Assembly (NCBI RefSeq): GCF_006345805.1
Contig: NC_043000.1
Span: 21,576,001-21,640,000, forward strand
DNA from: Octopus sinensis
Lineage: Eukaryota
Length of the DNA stretch: 64,000 nucleotides
Direction: 5' to 3'
In this document: positions 37,530 through 51,250 of the stretch, in pieces
Layout of the letters: every line of letters begins with the position of its first letter
Position numbering within the stretch: the first letter of the stretch is position 1
Notes under the pieces: model-generated
Seen by the model: only the letters and a program-made list of their open reading frames with translations
Told to the model about the DNA's origin: nothing
The model's database searches: none
Translations under genes and position numbers: made by a program

Positions 37530-39295
37530 GTTTCTTTATCTACATCTTTTCCTCTTTCTTTCTCTTTCCTTTTTCTTTTCACTTTCTCTCCTTTTTCCTT
37601 CACTTTCCTTTTTCTTTTTTGCTCTTTTTCTTTCTTTCCCAGTAGTTTTTTTCTCTTTCAATTTTTTCTTTTTCATTCTTTTCACTTTCTCTTCATTTTT
37701 TCCCTTTTCACTCTCTCGTCTATTTCCTTTCTCTCTATCTCCTCTCACTCTCCTTCTCTCTCTACCCTCTCCTTCCTTCTCTCTCCTCTTCTCTCTATCT
37801 CCCTTCCTCTCTCTATCTCCCTTCCTCTCTCTATCTCCCTTCCTCTCTCTATCTCCCTTCGTCTCTCTATCTCCCTTCCTCTCTCTATCTCCCTTCGTCT
37901 CTCTATCTCCTCTCTATCTATATACCTTCGTCTCTCATCTCCCTCGTCTCTCTATCTCCCTTCGTCTCTCTATCTCCCTCGTCTATCTATCCCCTTCGTC
38001 TCTCTATCTCCTTCGTCTCTCTATCTCCTTCGTCTTCTATCTCCCTTCGCTCTCTATCTCCCTTCGTCTCTCTATCTCCTTCGTCTCTCTATATCCCTTC
38101 GTCTCTCTATCTCCCCTTCGTATATCTATCTCCCTGTCTATTATTTCTCCCTTCTCTCTATCTACCTTTCTCTCTATCTCCCTCGTCTCTCTATCTCCCT
38201 TCGTCTCTCTATCTCCCTTCGTCTCTCTATTCTCTTTCGTCTCTATATCCCTTCGTCTCTCTATCTCCTTCGTCTCTCTATCTCCCTTGTCTCTCTATCT
38301 CCTTCGTCTCTCTATCTCCCTTCGTCTCTCTATCTCCCTTCGTCTCTCTATCTCCTTCGTCTCTCTATCTCCCTTCGTCTCTCTATCTCCCCTTCGTTCT
38401 CTATCTCCCTTCGTCTCTCTATCCCCTTCGTCTCTCTATCTCCCTTCGTCTCTCTATCTCCTTCGTCTCTCTCTCCCTTCGTCTCTCTATCTCCCTGTCT
38501 CCTCTATCTCTTCGTCTCTCTATCTCCTTCGTCTCTCTATCTCCCTCGTCTCTCTATCTCCCTTCGTCTCTCTATCTCCCTTCGTCTCTCATCTCTTGTC
38601 TCTCTATCTCCTTCGTCTCTCTATCTCCCTTCGTCTCTCTATCTCCCTCGTCTCTCTATCTCCCTTCGTCTCTCTATCTCCCTTCGTCTCTCTATCTCCC
38701 TTCGTCTCTCTATCTCCCTTCGTCTCTCTATCTCCCTTCGTCTCTCTATCTCCCTTCGTCTCTCTATCTCCCTTCGTCTCTCTATCTCCCTTCGTCTCTC
38801 TATCTCCCTTCGTCTCTCTATCTCCCTTCGTCTCTCTATCTCCCTTCGTCTCTCTGTCTCCCTTCGTCTCTCTGTCTCCCTTCGTCTCTCTCTCTCCCTT
38901 CGTCTCTCTGTCTCCCTTCGTCTCTCTATCTCCCTTCGTCTCTCTGTCTCTCCCTTCGTCTCTCTGTCTCTCTCTCTGTCTCTCTGTCTCTCTCTCTGTC
39001 TCTCTGTCTCTCTCTCTGTCTCTCTGTCTCTCTCTCTGTCTCTCTGTCTCTCTCTCTGTCTCTCTGTCTCTCTCTCTGTCTCTCTGTCTCTCTCTCTGTC
39101 TCTCTGTCTCTCTCTCTGTCTCTCTATCTCTCTCTCTGTCTCTCTTTCCTCTCTCTGTCTCTCTTTCCTCTCTCTATCTCTCTTTCCTCTCCTCTCCTTC
39201 CGTCTCTCCCCACTCTCCCCACTCTTTCCCTCTCCCTCTCTCTCTCCCTCCCTCTCTCTCCTGCTCTCTACCTCTCTACCTCTCTCTCTCTCTCA
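37530..39295. repeat. 1.8-kb polypyrimidine tract including an 18-bp minisatellite (TCTCCCTTCGTCTCTCTA)n at ~37790-38945
   Basis: Directly visible; gives the spurious FVSLSP-repeat ORF. Confidence 0.95.
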
Positions 39296-39574
39296 AGACA
39301 CTCTACACTTAAAGAACTTCTTACCATTCCATCTTCTATAATGAATGACTGGAGATTCATTGATAACACCAGTCATTCCAACACTGGCAAACAGTCTGCT
39401 GCCACAACTGACGTCTCGACAACTGAACTGAAATTGCTTTTCTCCTTATTAACCAACTGCAATGACTTCAGCGTGTTTGTATTATACGTTAATATATTCT
39501 GATGAGTCAACACAATGCCCATACCCATTCAGTTCCTTCTTGTCGGACTTACATCAAACAAATATCAGATCATT

Positions 39575-39925
39575 TTGTTGTTGTTGTTGTTGTTTAGGCT
39601 CAAGACTGCCTTGATCAAGTACAGCTACAATCAAAGGCATGACCATCCCATCGGTTTTGAGACGTAGTCTTTTTTAGGATTACATTAGCTAACATGATAA
39701 CAGAGGAAGATTTAGCTGCTATTTCTAGCAGACTGTGTTAGCAATTAGTTGAATATTGTTGTTGTTTAGTCCAGGACTGCCTTGATCAAAGGTCTAACAG
39801 CCTTGACCATCCCACTTATTTTCAGACAGCATATCCAGGATCACATTAGTCAATGTGACCATAGAGAAATTTGGTTGCTATTTCTAGCAGATTGAGTAAA
39901 CACATAGAGGCTACTCTTTCATGGT
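39575..39925 (+). repeat. Old dispersed repeat family E, two tandem copies
   Basis: 'gttgtttag...tgatcaaagg...tgaccatccc...tacatta...tttggctgctatttctagcag' also at ~190-290, 1690-1885 (-), 23880-23990, 28420-28560 (-), 41745-41960 (-), 51300-51670 (-) and 56705-57130. Confidence 0.7.
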
Positions 39926-40096
39926 GCTTGTTGTCTAATGACTGGACATTTACGGGTTTAACCACTGTATTAAAAGAAATATATTTTACATGTTGAAATG
40001 AACACTGGAATTATTACTATAGTACAGTTCCAATGAGGGTTGCAGATGTATATTGAGAAAGAACTGGTAAATGGTTGATTTTATTTTCTAAAAATT

Positions 40097-40795
40097 CGCA
40101 GGAGTGGCTGTGTGGTAAGTAGCTTGCTTACCAACCACATGGCTCCGGGTTCAGTCCCACTGCGTGGCACTTTGGGTAAGTGTCTTCTACTATAGCCTCA
40201 GGCCGACCAAAGCCTTGTGAGTGGATTTGGTAGACAGAAACTGAAAGAAGCCTATCATATGTGTGTGTGTGTCTGTCTGTTTGTCCCCTCCCCCCCCCAC
40301 CATTGCTTGACAACCGATGTTAGTGTGTTCACATCCCCGTAACTTAGCGGTTCGGCAAAAAGAGACTGATAGAATAAGTACTAGGCTTACAAAGAATAAG
40401 TCCTGAGGTCAAATTGTTCAACTAAAGGCAGTGCTCCAGCATGGCCGCAGTCAAATGACTGAAACAAGTAAAAGAATATGACAAGCATGGTTGTGTTGTT
40501 AAGATGCTTTCAAGTTTAGTTCTATAGCTTGGCACTTTGAGAAAGTGTCTCCTACTATGGCACTGAGCTGACCAATGCCTTGTGAGTGAATTCGGAAGAC
40601 TGAAATTGTGTGAAAACTTGTGTGTTTGTGTGTTTTTAGTCCCCACCAGTGCTCAACATGTGTTCAGCAAAAGTGATCAATAGAATAAGTGCCAAACTTA
40701 GGAATTAGTACTGGGGTCAATTTATGCAAGTAAACCCTTCAGAGGGGTGCCCCAACATGGTCACAGTTCAATGACTGAAACAAGGAAAGGATAAA
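40097..40795 (+). mobile_element. Two tandem family A SINEs (40097-40475 young, 40485-40795 older)
   Basis: Consensus matches. Confidence 0.88.
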
Positions 40796-42544
40796 AGTGA
40801 AGACAATGTTTGGTTTCAGCTATGAAGATCTGTTATTCTGCCAACAAATCATATTTCTCTTCTAACTTTTTCTCTTACTAAATGAGGCAGGAGTGTCTCA
40901 GTTCCCTGTCCAAGACACAAACCAAATACTAAATCTCACATTTTGTTGTATCTGCCTTGTTGTGTTTGGTCTTCTCTTCGCAACCAAGTCTTTTTTTTTT
41001 TACCTCAAATACATTACTTTAAAATTCCTTACCTATTACCCATATATTTTCTTCTTACAGATATCATCAACATTTAATGTCCATTTTCCATGCAGGCATA
41101 GGTTTGATGGCTTGACTGGAACTGGCAAAGCCAGGATCCACACCAGGTTCCAGAGTCTGTTTTGGCTTGGTTTCTACAGCTGGATGCCTTTCTTAATGCC
41201 AACCACTCCAAGAGTGTACTGGGTGCTTTTTACATAGCACCATCACATACTAATATCAATCTGCTCGAGTTTAACCACACCACTCTAGGAGGATCTGTTA
41301 GGACTATCTGAATTTCCTTGGCTGTCACTATCCCTTTGTCAATCCCTCTGCAAGCAAGGGTTGAGGCCACTGTAGTATAAGGGATATCATAGACCAGAGT
41401 AAAACAAAATGATTTTAGTGAGTTCCAGAGAGCAGCAATTGGAGAAAAAAAAAGCTATTAGAACAAAAAGAGTTATGACTAACATGGAGCTCAAAAGAGA
41501 AACTATGTACCTGGGAAGATAAGAAAATGACAGGGGGTACCAGAAAGTTCATCAGAGCAAGATGAAAAACTGTAGGTATGACCCTTTCTCTAAAGGTTAA
41601 TAAAGAAAACTTGTTGAGAAAAGTTAAATCTTTCTGTTCAAATCCTAATTCAGGACATACTCTTTCACTGATTTTTTGGTTCTGGTATTTATACTATAAA
41701 AATTCCTGCTCATAACCATTTTACCCTGCAAAACTACCAATGTAGAACCCTTTATGTGGTCATTCACCTTACTAGAAATAGCAGCCAAATTTCCTTCAAG
41801 TAATGCCCTACCATCTTAAAAATGAGGAAGACATATTAGATAATGTGTTCCTAAATACCACTAAATAGAATACAGTTCTGCTTGGAGAAGGTCATTGTTG
41901 GACTGCCATTGATAATCAGTATATGTGATAAGGATTGATCAAGAACTAAACAACATCAATGGCAGCCGTTTATTCTATTTAGTATTATTCAGCTCATTTT
42001 CCACTTTCAATTTTGTTCAGCAAACTGACATACATTTACACCACTTAGTCTTTACCACAGTAAGTATCCATTCATAAAATCCATGCTTCCAGCTGTAATT
42101 TACAATGGCTGTATTTGATAACCTTTTTTAGATTGTGGAGAATATCATTACCATTCATAAAATCATGTCTTTCCAGATATAACTTACAATGACTGTCTGA
42201 TAACGTCTTTTTAGATATGGCTTTCCATTGTTTTCTCTGTCACTTAGGCATGAAATTTTAAGTGCTTTAGGAAAGAGAAATGAAAGCTGTGGTGGCCATG
42301 ATTTTTTATGTTAGTCAAGTACAATAGTTACAACTAAGAATTACTACCACATTGTGAGCTCAGCTCAGTGCTTAGTTTAATAAGCATGGCTGTGTGGTTT
42401 AAAGTTTGTTTAGCAACCACAGGCTTTCGAGTTCAATCCCATCATGCTGCATTTTGAGCAAGTGTCCTTTATACCCTCAGATTGAGTGGAGCTTTTTTTT
42501 TTTTTTTTTAATTGGTTTGATCTGGAAGAAGGGATTTGCCTGAG

Positions 42545-43450
42545 GTCATCACAGGCCTTCTGAAAATGGCAGGATTGATGCTGTTGATGTTCTTTATATA
42601 TGGTTGTAAGTTGATGGCTTCAAGAAAAAACTTGCGCCAGCATTCAAAAAATTCTTGAGGGCTGATTGAGAGTGGTGTGAATTGACTGCAGAGGTGAGGA
42701 CATAGTACAAGGCTAAGGAAGGGAAATGGAGGGCACAGTATAAGTGAGGGGAGAGGAATGAGTTGGAAATACTTGGATGTTGGTGACATGGACCAGCCAA
42801 CTCAGTAGAACCAAAAGAAAAGGCAAAAAGCATGTCTGTTAGTCATAGGTTAGTGTGTTGATGGTGGAGTGACTTCATGCCAATCAGTCTGGAATTAGGA
42901 TGGTGGGGCCTGTTTGTTTTTTGGGTTTTTTTTCATTATTATTTTCTTTTATATGAAGTCTAGAATATCTGGATGTTCTAATTGTGAGAGCAGAATTCTA
43001 TTATGGGTCCCACCTGAGCTTTGTAATTGTTTAATAGTTGTTGAAGGCCAAAGTATTCTCTGGCTCCTGAAGAGGAAGGCCAGCAGCCTTTGTTATGCGG
43101 TCTTTGCTAAATTAAGGATATGTATTTGCCATGAAAGATATTAAGTGTTGGTGAGACCTAGCATTTGTGGGGCTGTCTAGGGGTCTTGTTACCTTCTAGT
43201 CATGTTTAGGAGAAGGGATATATTAGCTTTTTATGTGTGTCTATATGTGTATGTACAATGATTGTCTTTGATCTGCTAGTGGCCACGAAAAAGGTGCAAC
43301 TCAACTGGAAGATTTTTTTCTTTTTTTTTTTCATCATTTTTGTAAGAATTTGTTGGCAGAAACTGCAAAGACCCATTTTGTGTGTGTGAATAATGATGTT
43401 TAGTGGTAAAAGATAATTTGATGTGTCAAACAAAACTACCTTGTGGTATT
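42545..43450 (-). mobile_element. Decayed CR1-clade LINE ORF2 3' region
   Basis: Minus-strand translation across frameshifts: LSWQIHILNLAKTA*QR.LAFLFR..EYFGLQQLLNNYKAQVGPIIEFCSH and FLEAINLQPYIKNINSIN, typical of the CR1 ORF2 C-terminus. Confidence 0.75.
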
Positions 43451-43602
43451 CCACTGAGATACATAGACAGTCCCTTGTTACTCTTTGTACCATAAATGTA
43501 ATGATCCAGTGGTTAGTTTGTTAGAAACCTGAAACCAACAACACTTTTGTTCCCAAAATTGTCATTGAAAATGTGTCGCTCATTTCCTCTACACCATTCT
43601 AT

Positions 43603-43634
<32 letters not shown>

Positions 43635-44335
43635 AGAATTAGCAGGTGATGTATTTTCTTGGCGTACCCATCATGTATTCCTTAATTGCCTCCTTCTGCC
43701 AGGAAGTAAAAGTTGAACTCTGCCTAAAGTAGACATATGTAGCATAAATGCTGCAATTATCTACACTTATATAACATATTATGTACCATATGGTTATAAT
43801 TGCTAGCTTTTATCGCATATGAAATAATTTATTAAATGTTTCCTCAATTTGAGAATTTAAAACACTTTATAGCATATTGTCAGTTGGCGCCCTACAAAAA
43901 CACTTATTTATAACTGACAGAGACGAGAATTGCTTCAATAACAAAATATATCTATATTTTACCTTTTTTTCTCTTTTCTCATTGACACAGTATATAATTA
44001 TATAAATATTTTCTTTCAATTACCTCCTTGTTGATACTATCTCTCATCAATTTATTAAACATTCACTTCCCAACTTGATAAAATTCCACACCCCTTTTTT
44101 TTATTGAGACTTACATTTATTTGATTCTTTCTGTTTACACAAGGAAGCCAACTAATATTATCACCTCTCTTAATTGCCTTTGAACACCGTTCCCTTATTT
44201 GCCAGGTGTTCTTGTTTAGTGTTGTTGCATGGGGGAAGCTCTTAACGAAGAAAATGTATTTCATAATTGTTTTTAGCAATATGAAATCTGTATGGTGTTT
44301 TCTGTAGGACTTTTGGTAACAGTAATTTTATCAAA

Positions 44336-44749
44336 GCAGCGAGCTGGCAGAAACGTTAGCACACTGGGCGAAATGCTTAGCAGTATTTTGTCTGCCATTA
44401 CATTCCGAGTTCAAATTCCGCCGAGGTCGACTTTGCCTTTCATCCTTTCGGGGTCGATTAAATAAGTACCAGTTATGCACTGGGGTTGATATAATCGACT
44501 TAATCCTTTTATCTGTCCTTGTTTGTCCTCTCTGTGTTTAGCCCCTTGTGGGTAGTAAAGAAATAGGTATTTTGTCTTCCATTTTGTTCTCAGTTCAAAT
44601 TCCGCCGAGGTCAACTTTGCCTTTCATTATTTCGGGGTCAATAAATTAAGTACCAGTTATGCACAGGGGTCGATGTAATCAACTTAATCCTTTTGTGTGT
44701 CCTTGTTTGTCCCCTCTATGTTTAGTCTCTTGTGGGCAATAAAGAAATA
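44336..44749 (+). mobile_element. Family B partial tandem dimer
   Basis: Restart at GGTATTTTGTCT (~44566); 15-bp TSD AGTAATTTTATCAAA (44321-44335 / 44750-44764). Confidence 0.9.
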
Positions 44750-45747
44750 AGTAATTTTATCAAAAGCAAGACAATTTAAAGATAAAATAGAGAAAAATTA
44801 AATAAACACAGGGGCCTGACCAGCTGCTATCAGTTTGTGTCAATTGCCATTATGACCGCAGGTGTTCTTCAAACCCTACACTACCAAATCAGGATAACAG
44901 TGGCCTGTCTGAGAAATGAGCCCCATGAGGTAGAGTGGCTTCTTCAGTGAGTGCTGCTGACCATTCTCCATGGCATTGCCATCATGGTCATGATTGGTGG
45001 GGAGGGGCACAGCTGAGCACACCATTTGTTCTGGGATATGTGGCCCACTGCCCCCTCACTCTCCATTTTCTGCTGCTTAACCTCCTTTTTTCTTTCTTTG
45101 TTTCTTTGTATTTAAATGTTATAATCTAAAACATGATCAGCTGCTTTAAAATAAAAATATCAAGTTTTTTATGAAATGATAATTAACAAATATGAAGAAA
45201 AAAAAGATACTACAAGCTTTATTTTTTAGTAGACATTAGTTGAAATATAGTTGCTAGACACACTAAACGTTAACTGGAAAACTCACACCACACTTCAAAA
45301 AAAAGTCTCTCAGCACCTTTTTCACCTGACTGTCCAGGTAATAGAAACGAAGGGTGCTTACATAGTTGACCTGTTTCACTGATACATGAGACTACTTTAT
45401 GAAAGAAGTATGTGTAAAATGTATGACTAATTTTATTACTATTTGGGTGCAGGAAATTAAGAGTGACTGTTTTGTTTGTCCTTATTTGATCAATGATTTT
45501 TGTTTTTTCAGTGAAGCTATCAAGCCAGTCCAAAGCTTAAAAAAATTGTGTCCTTGTTTTCACTTACATATCCAATAGTATAAAACCTAGTCTTAAGTTT
45601 TTGCTATGTGACAAAAATTTATATTTATATTCATATTTATCAAATGTGAAAGATAAATTATTAAATAGAACATCAATCTACTTCTGTTACATTACCTGAT
45701 TATCTTACTTATTTCCAACAATTTACTCTGATTGTTCTTCCTTTCCT

Positions 45748-46143
45748 CACGCCTCATCCTTTCCCCGTGCCTCATCCATTCCCCACGCCTTGATCTCCCC
45801 CCCCCCCCGCGCCTTGTCCTTTCCTCGCACCTCAACCTTTCCCCGCGCCTCAACCTTTCCCCGCGCCTCAACCTTTCCCCGCGCCTCAACCATTCCCCGC
45901 GCCTCAACCATTCCCCGCGCCTCAACCATTCCCCGCGCCTCAACCATTCCCCGCGCCTCAACCATTCCCCGCGCCTCAACCATTCCCCGCGCCTCAACCT
46001 TTCCCCGCGCCTCAACTTTTCCCCGCGCCCCAACCATTCCCCGCGCCCCAACCATTCCCCGCGCCTCAACCATTCCCCGCGCCCCAACCATTCCCCGCGC
46101 CTCAACCATTCCCCGCGCCTCAACCATCCCCGCGCCTCAACCT
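45748..46143. repeat. GC-rich 18-bp minisatellite (CCTCAACC[A/T]TTCCCCGCG)n, ~17 core units plus degenerate units on the left
   Basis: Directly visible; open in several frames because the unit has no stops. Confidence 0.95.
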
Positions 46144-49100
46144 TCCTTGTCATCAGATTTATAAGCAACCCTTGGTGATTTATTTCAATAGAATATGAGA
46201 TGCACTTTTGTCCGAAAAATATCTCGAAAATATCCCCCCCAAATCCAGTATGTAACATTAGGCTTATATTACATGTTTTAATGCAGCTCTGAAATATAAG
46301 CATGTCTAATATGCCCATAACTTTTATGCCATTAAATATGGTATTTGTCATGGAATTTTTATGGATGAATACTAAGGTGATCCCCCACTCCTACAAGTAA
46401 TTTTCTGCAAAACACCATTTTGTTGGCTACATGCATAGAAGTCTGCTACTTCTGTGCGTTGGGAATGTTCAAAGCTCGAATATATTTTGTCCAAAGCTCT
46501 AACAATTCCAGCCTTGTCCTTGAATTTATTTTATTGACTAGAAGTTTAAAAAACACTGGTAACCTCAGTGGAATTTGAACTTGAAACTCAGAGCTGAAAC
46601 AAATACTGCTAGGTATTTAGTTTGATATGCTACTAATTTTACTAATTAGCCATCTAACTAAGCTTAAGAATGTACAATTACTAAATATGTTTCATAAGAT
46701 ACCTTCAGTGGATTAGAACACAAAATCTTTTAGCTGGTAATCCAATTGTACATACACTTAAAATTCTTTGTATTAATAGAGGAGAGCCAGTATAGACAAT
46801 TTTTATTTCCATTGTTAATTAGTTATTTAATTCTCTCGTACATTAGCACTTCTGCTAATTGCATAAAGTAAGAAACCTATATCAAACCTATATTAAATTT
46901 TATGTTGTTTGATTTGTCACTTAATTGTAACCTTGAAAGAAGGTCTGGGGAGCTGCCCTGCTTTCTGTGAATAAACTACAAAATATATCTTTTAGATAAT
47001 TCAGTGATTCTTTTTGGAAACATATTAGCAAGTTAGTAATAGTAAATATATTGTTGGCTTTCATCACAACCCTGCCTCATTCGGAGGTATAAAATTATTA
47101 ATTTTGTGCTTGTCCTTGATACTACAGTCTTGTGGTTGTGGTATTTACAAAATATCATTAGTAATATGCACTAAATTTACATCATTATTTTCAACCAAAA
47201 ATACTAATATAGACACCCAATTTTTTTTTTTCTTTTAGTTTCCTCGCTGCTGATTTGTTAAACAGAGGCAAACAATTTTGTATTAAAAAGACTGTCTTGG
47301 TATATAATGGCATTTATACTTTGCTTAACCCTCTTGTTATCATCATCGTTTAATGTCCGTTTTCCATGCTAGCATAGGTTGGACAGTTCAACCGGGGTCT
47401 GGTAAGCCAGGAGGCTGCACCAGGCTCCAGTCTGATCTGGCAGTGTTTCTACAGCTGGATGCCCTTCCTAACACCAACCACTCTGTGAGTGTTGTGGGTG
47501 CTTTTTACATGCCGCCGGCACAGGTGCCAGGGGAGGCTGGCAATGACCACAATCGGTTGGTGCTTTTTACATGCCACTAGCACGGAAGCCAGTCAAGGCA
47601 GCGCTGGCATTGGCCACGTTTGGATGGTGCATTTTATGTGCCTTCCTTTAATTCAGTTAATTTGTTTAAAACAATGAAGGATTTATTAAAACAGTCTTGT
47701 CGTGGCATTTGGAACATAAATCAACAAGAAATTTTGATGGGAGGCTTTAATTTGGATCTCTTTAAAACGGAATTTGTATTAGTTTCAGGTGAGTTGGTAG
47801 CAAAAGGGTTTAGTTACTTTTGCAATGAAGTATTCTAGATATTTTAACATTCTGCTGTGTCTGTCTATTAGATTATATGTGCTGTGAAAATAAAATTAGT
47901 TTAGTCTCAATGGAGATTTTATTTATTGATTTTATTCAAATGTCTATTGTAACTGATGGATAGCTGAAATATCAAAAAAAAAAATTCTTTGATGATGTTT
48001 CTGTCTAAAAGTCCCTAATGTATTTATTTAATTCTAGTGATACCTTTTGTTCATCTGTGATACATGTGTGTATATACCACGTGACTGACCAGATTCTCAG
48101 TTGTTGTTTCACAAAGCTGGTCACAATGCACTTTGTTGCATCATTTCAGTCTTCCAGTGATGCCACCCCACTGGCTAAGTGAGCAGGCCAAGATCCCCCT
48201 CCCCCCCCCCAACCTCATCACTGATCAAAAGGAGTACTGGAGTAAAATGAAACTGTGTTTTGCTCAAGAACACAACACAATGCACTGCTTGGTCTGGGAA
48301 TTGAACCCACAACCTAGCAATCATGAATGCAACAGGCTAACCACTTGGCCATACTGTCACTAATATATATATGTGTCTGTGTGTGGCATGTAAAAATCAC
48401 CCGCTACACTCTTGGAGTGGTTGGCATTAGGAAGGACATCCAGCCATAGAAACCTTGCCAAATCAGATTGGAACCTGAAGCAGTTCCCCAGCTTACCAGT
48501 TTTCAGTCAAACTGTCCAACCCATACCAGCATGGAATATAGACGTTAAACGATGATGATGATTGTGTGTGTGCATGTATGTGTGTCAAAATACAGTATAT
48601 CCATGTGCATATAAAATATTTTTTAAACCCTATTCTGTATCTTATACACTCTTAGGCATACACACATGGTTAAGAGGTTTGCTTCAAAATAGAAGGTTCA
48701 ATCCCACTGCATGGCAATTTGGGAAAGTGTCTTCTTCTGTCTTCTGCCAAATTTCACTCATTACCTTGTGAGTGGAATTTGGCTGATGTAAACTGTATGA
48801 AAGGCCATTGTGTGTGTGCATGCGCATGCATGTACATGCATACCAGTGTATCAAGTTGTGTCTCTTTGTGTTAAAGGGCAACTTAAGCCATTTGATAAAG
48901 GTCAATGAAATAAGTGCAGGGATCAATACGATTAACTTTAAGAAAAAAAACCCTGAAGATTATGCCCCAGTATGGTCATACCTCTATAATTGAAACCTTT
49001 TTTTTTTTTAAACTTCACCAATAATTTAATCAGATCATGATAATCCTCATACATCCATTTTTCCATGTTGACATAGTTTGGATGGGACTTATATCCCTTC

Positions 49101-49759
49101 TCCATCCACCAAAATCCTTTGTCATCTGGCCTGCATAGCTGCAGAAAAAAATAACAAATTAAAAGTCAACTTCGTTGTTTATGCCAATATTTTGGCATGG
49201 TTTCAATGGCTCAATTCCACTATAAGTACCAACCAATTTACAGCAAAGACTGAGTACATTTTATCTTGCTACTAAGCACTAGAGGGGTGGTCCCTTACAA
49301 GACTAAAAAGTTCCCTCTACTCTTTGTCTCTCTCTCTCTTCATCTTTTACTTTTTGGTTTTAAAAATAATAAATTAAGTAGTTGCAGTGGTCTCTCAACA
49401 AAAGATTGCTGGGTTTGTTGGCAATCTTCCAACCACAATTATCTGGTGGCACAGGAGGTAAGGACTGAAAGAGCACATGATGATGGTTTGCCAAAACAAC
49501 TAAAAAGTTATCAACAGTTTAGCTCTTACCCTAGACCTTTCACATGAAGAAAGAATTAACAGATAAATTAGATTTAATTAGCTTTAATTGCAACATAAAT
49601 AGATCTTATTACAAAAGACTCAAAGCAACTTTTATAATTTCATTCCTGAAACTTAAAAGCTCGTCATTTTCTTTTGTGGTGGTAATATAATTAATTAATC
49701 AATTAAAATCAGGAGGGCTGTAAGTTCTCAATAAGGGACATAACACACACACACGCCTT

Positions 49760-49965
49760 ACCTGATCATCAGCTAACCATGTTTTCTACCATCTTCTCTG
49801 TCCATGCATTAATGTTTCTCAACTACCACCACCTCTTTGTGGTCTTCCCATTCTTCTATTACTAGGTGTTTGTCCAAAATTAACCTTTGCTAGAGAGGTA
49901 GAATGCCCTTTTGGTGTGTGTGTTACATGATTAAACCACTTCATTTCCAACCTTTTTAAAATTAA
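49760..49965 (-). mobile_element. RTE-clade LINE ORF 3' fragment
   Basis: Minus translation ILKRLEMKWFNHVT...SLAKVNFGQTPSNRRMGRPQR matches the RTE W(F/Y)GHV...G.R.RGRP motif. Confidence 0.65.
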
Positions 49966-50005
49966 TCAAGTTTCATGGTTTGCAGTTATTTTTTTTTTTC
50001 AACAT

Positions 50006-50162
50006 TGGCTGTGTGGTAAGTAGCTTGCTTGCCAACCACATGGTTCCAGGTTCATTCCCACTGCGTGGCACCTTGGGCAAGTGTCTTCTACTATAGCCTC
50101 AGGCTGACCAAAGCCTTGTTAGTGGATTTGGTAGATGGAAACTGAAAGAAGCCTGTTGTATG

Positions 50163-50219
<57 letters not shown>

Positions 50220-50419
50220 TTGTGTGTCTGTGTTTGTCCTCCCAACATCGCTTGACAACCGATGGTGGTGTGTTTGCATCCCCGTAACTTAGTGGTTCAG
50301 CAAAAGTGACTGATAGAATAAGTACTAGGCTTCCAAAGAATAAGTCCTGGGGTCGATTTGTTCGACTAGAGGCAGTGCTGCAGCATGGCTGCAGTCAAAT
50401 GACTGAAACAAGTAAAAGA
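50006..50419 (+). mobile_element. SINE family A
   Basis: Consensus match with internal (TA)n(TG)n. Confidence 0.9.
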
Positions 50420-50959
50420 ATTGTAGGATCTTCCTGCAACATTTCATTTCAAGATCCTGTTCAACACCTAACACTCATATTTCACATCCATAGAGACAAC
50501 TGAAATTATTGTTGCTCTTAAAAAGAAAAAATACAAATCTTTGTTATAATCTTATTTTTCCAAATAGGGTAAATTTCTCTAAAACTACTTCAGTCTGACA
50601 TTTTACACAGAGTATCTACATAATGGAATGCTATATTTGGTCCATAAGTTATTCATGGAAACTCAGCACTACATATTGATTGACTGATTATTAGGCGGAT
50701 ACTAACAGATATCACTTTTTAAGGTTATCACTGCTGATATTCTATAGAGATTATAGCCAGCTTTGATTTGTTTCTCTGATCATAACAAATCAATGCTGCC
50801 TCTAATTTCTATAAAATATCTGCAGAGATGTCCTTAAAAAGTGAAGTTATAGCACTGCTAACACAGGTAGGACACATTATTGACTTATAAGGCTTTAATA
50901 TGCTTTGTAGTATGCTATGGTCACATAATGAAATATGGTGTCCTTACCAGCACTTAGTT

Positions 50960-51250
50960 GAGGCACATGGCCTAGTGGTTAGAGCAGCGGACTCGCAGTC
51001 GAGGGATCGCGGGTTCGAATCTCAGACCGGGCGATGTGTGTATTAATGAGCGAAAACACCTAAGCTCCATGCGGCTCCGGCAGAAAGTAATGGTGAACTT
51101 CTGCTGACTCTTTCGCCACAACTTTCTCTCACTTTTTCCTCCTGCATCTTGCAGCTCACCTGCAACGGACCAGCGTCCCATCCAGGTGGGGAACCTATAC
51201 GCCAAGGAAACCAGCCCTAATGAGCCAGGCATGGCTTGAGGAGGAACAAA
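50960..51250 (+). mobile_element. SINE family D variant
   Basis: TGGCCTAGTGG / GGTTCGAATCTC boxes, shared 'gagcgaaaacacctaagctcca' body, flanked by AGCACTTA repeats. Confidence 0.85.

Noticed and set aside
37471-39312. 613-aa ORF (FVSLSP repeats)
   Set aside because: Translation of a stop-free pyrimidine tract and minisatellite; no coding evidence.
39499-39506. CTGATGAG hammerhead core (also 21713-21720)
   Set aside because: No stem II followed by GAAA and no closing stem I.
45692-46351. RRGEWL / SPRLNH / VEARGM repeat ORFs resembling repetitive proteins
   Set aside because: An 18-bp minisatellite open in several frames on both strands, with no codon-position bias or splice context.
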